Source: Antedon mediterranea | Taxonomy: Eukaryota > Animalia > Echinodermata | NCBI RefSeq assembly: GCF_964355755.1 | Contig: NC_092673.1 | Location: 20,333,648 to 20,397,647 of the forward strand | DNA: 64,000 nucleotides | Direction of reading: 5' to 3' | In this document: positions 52,978 through 64,000 of the stretch, in pieces | How the letters are laid out: each line of letters opens with the position of its first letter | How positions within the stretch are numbered: position 1 is the stretch's first letter | Program-made: the position numbers and the translations under genes | The notes under the pieces: model-generated | Told to the model about the DNA's origin: nothing | What the model saw: only the letters and a program-made list of their open reading frames with translations | Database searches by the model: none

Positions 52978-55900
52978 ACCATAACCGAATTGGTTATAGT
53001 AAAACACAGTGCTAAATTGCTATGTAAATGTCATTTATCATATTATTAAATGTTTCCTATTCTATATCATTGTGCTTTACCATAACCAAATTGGTTATAG
53101 TAAAACACAGTGCTAAATTGCTATATGAATGTCATTTATCAAATTATTAAATGTTTCATATTCTTTATCATTGTGTTTTACTTTAACCAAATTGTTTATA
53201 GTAAAACACAGAGCTAAATTGCTATGTAAGTCATTTATCATATTATTAAATGTTTCCTATTCTATATCATTGTGCTTTACCATAACCAAATTGGTTATAG
53301 TAAAACACAGTGCTAAATTGCTATGTAAGTCATTTATCATCTATATATAAATTATGGTTAATTCTGACATAGGCGAGCACAATGCAAAAACTTCGGTACA
53401 AATCTCCGCCTTGGATACCTACCTTATCTATCCGAGATGTACCGCGAAACGTAGATTTGATAACATTAGTGTGCACGCCGACGCTATTGTTCCATATTTA
53501 TATCTTAGGAAGATATTATAAAGAGTTTTTTAACAACATTTATGATTTCAACATTGGATTTTCCTCTCAATTTCAATTCTTCCCGGTCAAAGTAATTTCC
53601 GGGTTTAAGATAAGTTCACCTTAGTTTCAAATATTTTCTCTCTTTTATACACCAGGGAGCAGTTAAAATAATAGATTTGACCCTAAAGGTGACTGGAAAC
53701 AGGCACTTTCCATCAATCAATACAGTGTCCCTTTGGAAGACGAAAAAAAAATTGGCCATTAATCATAGCCATTTCAGTTTTTTGTTTATTTTAAAACATA
53801 CCACACGTGTGTGAAGGTACAGTAGTTAAATAATAGGAATTATACTGCAAAGTAATAAAGATCAAATTAAATATACGCCATAAAGAATCAGAATATATTG
53901 TGGGGAATAGTATTATAAAATTACATAGGGAGATTTGATAAGACATTTTCGAGTGAAATCCCGATAGCTGAGTTTTATTGAGTAAGCTTGCAGGAATAAC
54001 TGTAGGCTATCTTCCTGTGTCCCGTTAGGACCGAGATGTCTGCCCATGTTGCAAGCCGTAATGTCTTCTTTCTTGGGCCCACTCTGTCACGGCAGTTAGT
54101 TTCAAAAGATGATTAAATTAAATAATGTATTAATAATTATTAGGATGGTATTCATTTGAATAAACGCCTCTCCAATAAAACATCACCCCCCCCCCCCCTC
54201 CCCAACTCAACTATCTAATAAACGTCCATCCACATATTTATAATAACACAATTATACTATTTGTAGTAGAATTCACCGCACTGTTATCTGCAATTTACCA
54301 GGCATTTGTTATTCTTTTTTACCACTTTTCATATCTATGAGAGGATTTCATTTGATTATAAATGTTACCATATTATTAGAACTAAAAAATTTAACATATA
54401 TCCCTCGAATAAGCACCTCCCTCAAATGACCTCCGCCTCCCCAAAGGGCCCTACCAAACAATAAAAACTATACTTTAAAATGTTATTAATCATCTAAAAC
54501 ACTGTGATTCTGAAACAAAGTAGTTTAGTTTTACGAATGTCAAGCATTTTCAATAATGGTAACCGACAGAAAATGTATAAGGAGAACATTATCATTCCGA
54601 AAACCATCGTCTACACTTCCTAGAGGGGGAGCGAGCGAAGCGAGCTCACCCTCTAGTATTATTAAATGTTTCCTATTCTATATCATTGTGCTTTACCATA
54701 ACCAAATTGGTTATAGTAAAACACAGTGCTAAATTGCTATGTAAATGTCATTTATCAAATTATTAAATGTTTCCTATTCTTTATCATTATGTTTTACTTT
54801 AACCAAATTGGTTATAGTAAAACACAGTGATAAATAGCTATGTAAATGTCATTTATCATATTATTAAATGTTTCCTATTCTTTATCATTGTGTTTTACTC
54901 TAACCAAATTGGTTATAGTAAAACACAGTGCTAAATTGCTATGTAAATGTCATTTATCATATTATTAAATGTTTCCTATTCTATATCATTGTGCTTTACC
55001 ATAACCAAATTGGTTATAGTAAAACACAGTGATAAATTGCTATGTAAATGTCATTTATCATATTATTAAATGTTTCCTATTCTATATCATTGTGCTTTAC
55101 CATAACCAAATTGGTTATAGTAAAACACAGTGATAAATTGCTATGTAAATGTCATTTATCATATTATTAAATGTTTCCTATTCTATATCATTGTGTTTTA
55201 CTATAACCAAATTGGTTATAGTAAAACACAGTGCTAAATTGCTATGTAAATAATCATTATTATTAAATGTTTCCTATTTTTTATCATTGTGTTTTACTCT
55301 AACCAAATTGTTTATAGTAAAACACAGTGCTAAATTGCTATGTAAGTCATTTATCATATTATTAAATGTTTCCTATTCTATATCATTGTGCTTTACCATA
55401 ACCAAATTGGTTATAGTAAAACACAGTGCTAAATTGCTATGTGAATGTCATTTATCAAATTATTAAATGTTTCATATTCTTTATCATTGTGTTTTACTTT
55501 AACCAAATTGTTTATAGTAAAACACAGTGCTAAATTGCTATGTAAGTCATTTATCATATTATTAAATGTTTCCTATTCTATATCATTGTGCTTTACCATA
55601 ACCAAATTGGTTATAGTAAAACACAGTGCTAAATTGCTATGTAAGTCATTTATCATATTATTAAATGTTTCCTATTCTATATCATTGTGCTTTACCATAA
55701 CCAAATTGGTTATAGTAAAACACAGTGCTAAATTGCTATGTAAATGTCATTTATCAAATTATTAAATGTTTCCTATTCTTTATCATTATGTTTTACTTTA
55801 ACCAAATTGGTTATAGTAAAACACAGTGATAAATTGCTATGTAAATGTCATTTATCATATTATTAAATGTTTCCTATTCTTTATCATTGTGTTTTACTCT

Positions 55901-57330
55901 AACCAAATTGGTTATAGTAAAACACAGTGCTAAATTGCTATGTAAATGTCATTTATCATATTATTAAATGTTTCCTATTCTATATCATTGTGCTTTACCA
56001 TAACCAAATTGGTTATAGTAAAACACAGTGATAAATTGCTATGTAAATGTCATTTATCATATTATTAAATGTTTCCTATTCTTTATCATTGTGTTTTACT
56101 CTAACCAAATTGGTTATAGTAAAACACAGTGCTAAATTGCTATGTAAATGTCATTTATCATATTATTAAATGTTTCCTATTCTATATCATTGTGCTTTAC
56201 CATAACCAAATTGGTTATAGTAAAACACAGTGATAAATTGCTATGTAAATGTCATTTATCATATTATTAAATGTTTCCTATTCTATATCATTGTGCTTTA
56301 CCATAACCAAATTGGTTATAGTAAAACACAGTGATAAATTGCTATGTAAATGTCATTTATCATATTATTAAATGTTTCCTATTCTATATCATTGTGTTTT
56401 ACTATAACCAAATTGGTTATAGTAAAACACAGTGCTAAATTGCTATGTAAATAATCATTATTATTAAATGTTTCCTATTCTTTATCATTGTGTTTTACTC
56501 TAACCAAATTGGTTATAGTAAAACACAGTGCTAAATTGCTATGTAAATGTCATATATCATATTATTAAATTCCTATTCTTTAACATTCTGCTTTACTTTA
56601 ACCAAATTGGTTATAGTAAAACACAGTGCTAAATTGCTATGTAAATGTCATTTATCATATTATTAAATGTTTCCTATTCTTTATCATTGTGTTTTACTTT
56701 AACCAAATTGGTTATAGTAAAACACAGTGCTAAATTGCTATGTAAATGTCATTTATCAAATTATTAAATGTTTCCATATTCTATATCATTGTGTTTTACT
56801 CTAACCAAATTGGTTATAGTAAAACACAGTGCTAAATTGCTATGTGAATGTCATATATCATATTATTAAATGTTTCCTATTCTTTATCATTGTGTTTTAC
56901 TCTAACCAAATTGGTTATAGTAAAACACAGTGCTAAATTGCTATGTAAATGTCATATATCATATTATTAAATTCCTATTCTTTATCATTCTGCTTTACTT
57001 TAACCAAATTGTTTATAGTAAAACACAGTGCTAAATTGCTATGTGAATGTCATTTATCATATTATTAAATGTTTCCTATTCTATATCATTGTGTTTTACT
57101 CTAACCAAATTGGTTATAGTAAAACACAGTGATAAATTGCTATGTAATGACATTTATCATATTATTAAACGTTTCCTATTCTTTATCATTGTGTTTTACT
57201 CTAACCAAATTGGTTATAGTAAAACACAGTGATAAATTGCTATGTAAATGTCATTTATCATATTATTAAATGTTTCCTATTCTTTATCATTGTGTTTTAC
57301 TCTAACCAAATTGGTTATTGTAAAACACAG
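52978..57330 (+). repeat. 101-bp satellite, right array in inverted orientation (about 30 units, interrupted by the Helitron)
   Basis: Reverse complement of the left-array unit, with period 101 (for example ACACAGTG at 54721 and 54822). Confidence 0.95.
53340..54656 (+). mobile_element. Non-autonomous Helitron (1317 bp)
   Basis: It starts TC(TATATATAAA), ends in the hairpin GAGCGAGCGAAGCGAGCTC followed by CTAG, and is inserted between the A and T of the satellite (TTTATCA|TATTATT) with no TSD. Confidence 0.85.
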
Positions 57331-58537
57331 TATATTTTACCTCAACAACATGTAACATCGCCGCAAAATTGTTTATACGTTTATTTTGATTGGCTAACTA
57401 AAGTACGGTCTAATGAATATTGATATTAGAAGATTCCCTAGCTTAGTGAAAAAGTTTTATTACCAAAAATATGCTGATTACGTCACTACCGGAAGTTGTA
57501 GTCTAGCATGATGCAGACGCAATTGATTATGTACGTTTGTTAAATATATAAAAAGCTGTAAATTACCACAAAACGACAATAGGAAAGAATTCAAAGAAAT
57601 GCCCTACGTGTTCAAAATCATTGTTTTAATATAGTCTGTATGTATAACTAACAATTGACCTTGTGGAAGAGCGTATACATTTAATTTAAAGTAAAACATG
57701 ATTTACTCGCCAATTTGGTATTGGATATATAGCTCTACACAGACGGTAATCGGTATCCTTCCAAAATCAATAGACCGTATAAGAGAAATCCCAAACACAT
57801 GGTTACTTATGATTGGTTAATTTGGTTAGTCTCTTCATCCAGTTTGTTGTTATTATATACAAAACACCAACACTTTGACACTTTTAATACATTTTATTCT
57901 TTCCCCTCTTAGTCTTAGTAGGCCTACCGGGCGGCGTTACTCACCATATTCAATGCTTAACCTAGGCGATAAGTATATGAATTAATTTTAACATGGTTTT
58001 CTGCTTCAAAAGTATATCTTTAAAAATAAATACGGTGTATAGAAGCTTATTCTGTGTAGTTTGACCTCAATAATTTGAGTTTAAGAAAAAGGAAGTGCGT
58101 CTAAATACGCACGCGTAAAGCGGATGCGCGTTTGTAGAGGCATAGGAAGTGCGTTCACTATACGCGCGTTGGGGATACTGTTTATATAATAGCGCTTGTT
58201 TCTTCTCCCACTCAATTATCCGAATTGTCACTTGTAATTGGTCAAATGCGTTGCAGGTAGGCTAACGTCCCTTGCGCGTTGCGTCTCAGTGCGGGGAACT
58301 AAGCTTGATTGCAAGAATTAGTCTTGAATACGTACAATTTTCAGTCCTCTGCTAACATATGTTCATACTGTATAATGGTGAGTAAACACCTCACCGACAC
58401 CTGTCTACTCTCATACTTATATATTTTTATTCATTTTGTTTATTGCCTTTATTTTCAAATGATATATACTGTTTCAAAAGAGTAATTTCCAAGTAAATTG
58501 CACTATATTTATTCGTATGCGTAGCGTAGATCTATCT

Positions 58538-58752
58538 TGCCACGCTAATTGTGAGCGACCAGTATGTATCGTTGTTATTCTTTACAAATTCCTCCTAACT
58601 AAGTCTTAATTGGAAAATATACATTTTTTGTCTTCAGCGTTAGTGAACTATTTGTTGATAATCCAAATGAAGTGGAAAGATTAAATGTAAAAATCAACAT
58701 CACTCTTCTCAAGATGCCTTGTACTTGTAGTGGTATGTATTGCTACTATCTT
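58538..58752 (+). pseudogene. Inverted duplicate of ERGIC1 exon 4 with its intronic flanks
   Basis: It aligns to the reverse complement of 45452-45680. It reads CTTCAG|CGTTAGTGAACTATTTGTTGATAATCCAAATGAAGTGGAAAGATTAAATGTAAAAATCAACATCACTCTTCTCAAGATGCCTTGT(ACTTGT)AGTG|GTATGT. Confidence 0.9.
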
Positions 58753-58874
58753 ATGCATCCCCCATGTACACGTGGTGTATTTGGAAATACACAGAAAAAT
58801 TGAAATTTAATTGAAAAGAAGAAGAAAATGATCAAATCAATACGTATAGTTTAGGCCTACATATATATGTTTAT

Positions 58875-59015
58875 TATTGCATTACTATTTTAAATAGTTT
58901 TTCGGTATCATGAACCTAAAATCTGATTGATCTCCGGGGGAGTTTTGGTATCGGTATGACCTATAATTATCGGTGTGTGGCGTTTTCAGGACTAGGGACA
59001 ATGTTACCTAAATCG
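58875..59015 (+). pseudogene. Internally deleted tandem copy of the SLC7 paralogue B promoter and exon 1
   Basis: The blocks GGAGTTTTGG, TCGGTATGACC, TGTGTGG.GTTTTCAGGACT and AGGGACAATG.TACCTAAATCG are colinear with 59270-59394. Confidence 0.75.
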
Positions 59016-59166
59016 CATTGCTATTATAAATAGTTTGTCGGTGGTATCTGAAAACCAAAATCTGGTTGATCTGTAAGCCCAAAGGTCATTACACCAACTT
59101 TACATAATAACATAATCAGACAAATTACAAATATTAAGCCTATAATAGAATACCAACGAAATAATC

Positions 59167-61514
59167 ATGGCAGAGAAGCAAAGTGTACGGCTAGCAAAAC
59201 AGATCGACTTAGCTGCCGGAGTGTCAATTAATGTTGGCGTCATGATAGGATCTGGAATTTTCATATCACCCAGAGGAGTTTTGGAAGGGGCTGGGTCTGT
59301 CGGTATGACCCTAATCATATGGCTAATGTGTGGGGTGTTTTCAGGACTTGGGGCACTTTGCTATGCTGAACTAGGGACAATGATACCTAAATCGGGAGGA
59401 GCATACGCGTATATAAAGCATATATACGGCGATTTATGGGGATTTATTTTACTGTGGGTTAGTATTGTAATGCTTATGCCAGTATCATTTGCAGTGATCT
59501 CATTGACGTTTGCTTACTACTGTGTTCAACCATGGTTTCCAAATTGTGATATTCCTGGCAACCCGGTCGTACTCATCTCAGTAGCTTGCTTAGGTGAGTT
59601 TATATGCCTCATACAATTACCGTAAAACCTTTCTATATGGAACCCCTATTCAGGACAAAAAAACACCAATTATTATAGTTTAAGACCCATAACCAGGGAT
59701 GTCCCTTAGTAAAGCTTGGTTTCCACTAGGACGCAACGCAATGACGTAGACGCAACGCAAACAATTGACCAATGACAAGCGACAGTCGAATAATCCGTCG
59801 CTTGTGATTGGTCAAATTCTGTACGTTGCGTTACGTCGTTGTGTCGCGTCTCTAGTGGGAACCAGGCATTAGGGACGTTTTATTGGGTCCCGACTTATCC
59901 CCTTCCATCATAACAATTTCGCGCGATCTATGACAGTTTTTTGCATCATCAGCTTCCTGGTTGCATTGATCCATTGGATTTGTTATATTTTTTCGTAGTT
60001 TTGCTGACTTTCGTGAACTCTTGGAGCGTTGCTTTTGCAACTCGGATACAAATCATTTTTACAGCTGCGAAGATTACAGCATTATGTCTAATCATCTTTC
60101 TTGGAATTGTCGAACTCTGTAAAGGTAATACGATCGTATTGTTCATAAGTTATTCGTGGACGCGTCCATTGTTGACTTGATTTATTAATTTAAATTTATT
60201 TTTAACCTTATTAGGAGAAGTTAAGAGCTTTAAAACACCATTTGCCGAGACAACGTGGAATCAAATTGGAGTGGCGTTTTACGCTGGGTTATTTTCATAT
60301 ACTGGATGGTACAGTTTGAACGTTATTGTCGAGGAACTAAAAGATCCACAAAAGTAATGATTTGAATTCTAGAGATTTGACACATCTTATCTTTCTTTAC
60401 ATGAGCCACTATCAAATTATTATATTGAAAGAAAGATATTACTATACAATATTCGTTTTTTCATAGAAATTTACCTCGTGCTATCATAATATCTATCACC
60501 ATGGTAACGTGTATTTACGTGTTAACCAACATGGCGTACTTTGCTGCAATGTCACCAGCTGAGCTTTTAGCGTCAGACGCAGTTGCTGTTGTAAGTCCAT
60601 ACCTCTATGTTTATACTGAAACATAATTTGTGTTAATACCATGTAGCCGGCCCATGATATTGAGAATCGTTTTTCTGAATGTCATTATTTAAACATAATT
60701 TGTGTCAACACCATAATATTTTGCCAGAATGTTGATATATTGTTTGAAATTTCTATGTATGTTGTTTTTACTATCAATAATACTGTAAGCCCAATAATTA
60801 CATTTCTCTTATTTTATTCTTGTTCAAAGACGTTTGGATTGAAATTAATGGGCAATTTCTCATGGATAATGCCATTGGCAGTGGCATTATCAACGTTTGG
60901 ATCTGTGAATGGTATGCTATTGGCGGACTCGAGGTAGCCCATCATTTTACTCATCACCTGAACATTCCGTAATGCAATTTATATAAATGTTGCCATTTGT
61001 GTTTAGTGAGGGCGCGGTAGACGTGATGTAGTACTTACGTGTGCGTCGATTGTTTGGTTAAAGCGTGGTTCCCACTAGCGACGCAACGCAAGGACGTAAC
61101 GCAACGCAAGTGAATTGACCAATCACAAGCGATGGCTTATTCGCTTGTGATTGCTAACTGTCTATAACTTCGCTTGTCATTGGTTAAAACGCTTGCGTTG
61201 CGTTTACGTCCTTGCGTTACGTTCTAGTGGGAACCAAGCATAATGGACTGTTAATATGTACATTCCTTAATATAATACGACATAATTTTTTTTTTTTTCG
61301 TTTACTTATATGGATAGTATATTTTTAAGACAACGCAACAACTAGCACCTTTTCCGTGGTGGTAGTTTATTTAACTTTTAATATAAGTGCATATTTTTTT
61401 TCCAGAATATTCTTCGTTGGTGCTAGAAACGGTGAACTACCCAAATTTCTATCTATGATTAACATTGGTCACGTGACACCGACACCAGCCCTGTTATTCT
61501 CAGTAATCCTTCTT

Positions 61515-61557
<43 letters not shown>

Positions 61558-63014
61558 CACCAATAACTCACTACAATCAACAAACCAATCAAACAAATGT
61601 TAATTAATGAAATATATTTAAGCAAATATCAAAGTTATGGAAATTGCGTTTTGCTTCTGTAGCCCTTATATTATAAACAACAACTTATGATAATCGATAA
61701 ACAGTCTTGGCATCGTCAACATTCCATATCTACTTTCACATTCACCACCACGTTTATAAGATTAACAAAATAAAATAACAATAAAATATTAATTATTAAT
61801 TTTTTTTTTAGTGCACATTGTCGATAATCTATGCGTTTTCAAATGACGTCTTCCAGTTGATAAATTATTTTAATTTTGTCGCATGGACATCTAGTGGATT
61901 TGCCGTGGGTGGATTGTTGTATTTACGATGGAAAAAGTCAATTCAAGTTCAAGTTCAAGTAATTCCGTCCTCTTACAGGGTAAATACATACCGTTAATCT
62001 CTTATTATAGGGCCCGTTGATATTTAGCTTTACTCTGGTATAAGTTGCGTTTACACATACACAAACCTTGGTAGGAACCAACTTACCCGGGTAAATAAAT
62101 AAGCCTATTCTATATAGGGCCCGTTCATGTTTAGTTTTACCCGGGTAGGCGCTAGCCTATAAGTTGAGTTGACATACAAAGTCTTCCGAACTTTGGTAGG
62201 AACCAACTTACCCGGTTAAATAACTAAGCTTATTCTATATAGCGCCTGTTTATGTTTAACTTTACTCGGGTATAAGTTGCGTTTACATACACAGTCTTCT
62301 GAACCTTAGTAGGAACCAACTTACCGGGTAAATAACTATGCCTGAAGGGTAGATGGAAACTATTAAGAAATATTATTTCGAGCAATAATTTAGTATCCAT
62401 AATTTCTTCTCTTTAGGTCAACGCCGTTATACCGATTATATTTATTATAAGCTGTATAGCTATAGTTATAGCTGGTGCGGTTGCCGAACCAATGGATACG
62501 TTGATTGGTTTCTTGATAACATGCACAGGCTTCCCGGTGTATTATTTAAAAGGACTTAAACAGCCTGAATGGATGGTATATCGAATTAGTAAGTTAAGCC
62601 TACGGATTCGTGTACATCTTGTTTTTCACTCCATTTTAGTCACATTAATATGACGAGCTATTCCAATTGACGTAACGCAAGGACGTAATCGCATTGCACT
62701 TTAATTTGACCAATCACCTCGCGATATTATCCAAACTGTCGCTTATGATTGGTCAACAACTTACGTTGCGTTGCACATACGTCATCTGCGTTCCTCCTAT
62801 CGTGGAACGAAGCTTAATTGGTAATATGTTGACGTGAACAACGTATAAACGTGCAAATTAATCTTTGTAATGTGAACCATGGCGGTGGACTAATACTAAT
62901 TATTTTGATATTGGGGATAACATTTGTAATTATTTTTCAGAACGTTTAACGGATTGTTTACAAAAGTATCTATTAGTAGTGGAAGAAGAATCGGAAGCTG
63001 TGTTGAACAACTAG
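59167..63014 (+). CDS. SLC7 L-type amino acid transporter light chain, paralogue B. Exons 59167-59593, 59999-60124, 60215-60353, 60467-60590, 60830-60933, 61406-61502, 61812-61979, 62417-62588, 62941-63014
   Basis: Motifs [43 protein letters not shown] (heavy-chain disulfide Cys), [18 protein letters not shown] and [10 protein letters not shown]. It has the same eight intron positions as paralogue A and an intact frame. Confidence 0.95.
62005..62342 (+). repeat. Three tandem copies of a ~105-125 bp unit (related sequence at about 26700-26805)
   Basis: ATAGGGCCCGTT.AT.TTTAG.TTTAC...GTAGGAACCAACTTACCCGGGTAAATAA repeated three times. Confidence 0.75.
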
Positions 63015-64000
63015 AATATCATAAAACGTGTTAGCATTTGAATGTTAAGCTCTGTCTACACTATCAAACTTTATGTAACAAAAAATGTGATGTGCCCATA
63101 TTTATGGACATGATGATGTCATATCACTACCATATTTGAGCATATCACTACCATATTCGGGTACATCACTACCATATTATGCACAACTCCCTAGCCACGG
63201 TGTTTTGATTACAGAGCGACGAATGTGAAGAAATTAAATAATCTGCCATCGGTTACTTTATTAACAGATAAATTAATTTGATTACATGTCGTCTGGAAAA
63301 TCGTCGCAAACCACGAGTATGCATTATGTATGATGCTAATTAGGATTGTTTACAACTCGTCATGAGAAGGTTTTTTTCACACAAAACAAAAAACGTCTGT
63401 ATTTCAGTTAATTGATTTTTTTCGATAAATGTTTGGTAACTACTATGATACTTCAAAATGACCCACTTTTTATCGAAATCTTTTTTTTATAATTTTTTTG
63501 GAATTAGTCAAAGGGACAATACATCTTTAAAATATGTTTCATGTATAAATGCGCTGATTACTCTAGCTGCATTATGGGAGTATGTTTCCGTGTTTGATAA
63601 AAAAAATGACTGGGGTAATGTTCAGCGCTTAGAGGTTTACAACATTAGGCGCTATATAAATCAAGGATATTATTATTATTAAAATGATGTAGAAAGTTTT
63701 TGTTGTTTATTTTAATACTAGGCTACATCATCCTTTTAAGAAACGAAGTTGTATAGCTTTAACATTTTGTTGAAACTGTAAAGTAGCTAAGTACGAGTCA
63801 TACGTACTTGCATAACAATTGTGGTTGCTTGTTTAATGTTGTGGACTCTTATTCTTAGTATTAACTTTTTAGTGATGAGTTGCGGTGGGTCCCGCCGTAT
63901 TCATGAAAGGAAAAAAAAGTTACGATTACGAATTGCGATTGGTTGTACCTAAAAATGAGAATCTTTGATATACAGTAACTTGATGAGTTGTGAGATTGTT

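Noticed and set aside
47115-57330. CRISPR-like appearance (palindromic repeat plus spacer)
   Set aside because: The spacers are near-identical rather than unique, there are no cas genes, and the context is eukaryotic. It is a satellite.
49141-57423. ORFs such as MSFIKLLNVSYSLSLCF..., MKIAS repeats and DENC repeats
   Set aside because: These are translations of tandem repeats with no splice or domain evidence.

Overview
AT-rich, intron-rich animal genomic DNA. An echinoderm or other invertebrate deuterostome is inferred from the neuropeptide and Deu-SINE sequences. Six spliced protein-coding genes can be reconstructed by eye from GT-AG boundaries: UVSSA (minus, 3' end runs off the window), a small two-coding-exon corazonin-type neuropeptide precursor (minus, only half visible in the ORF track) with a candidate TATA/Inr promoter 7.6 kb upstream, two SLC7 L-type amino acid transporter light-chain paralogues (one per strand), haspin kinase and ERGIC1. 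Between them are two long-TIR Academ elements (TAG...CTA ends, 3-bp TSDs), a non-autonomous Helitron, LINE fragments, two SINE families and several MITE families. From about 47 to 57 kb there is a large inverted structure built from a palindromic 101-bp satellite, and just to its right an inverted relic of the ERGIC1 5' region. No prokaryotic system, CRISPR array, rRNA or true tRNA gene was seen. All family assignments come from remembered motifs and have not been confirmed by database search.
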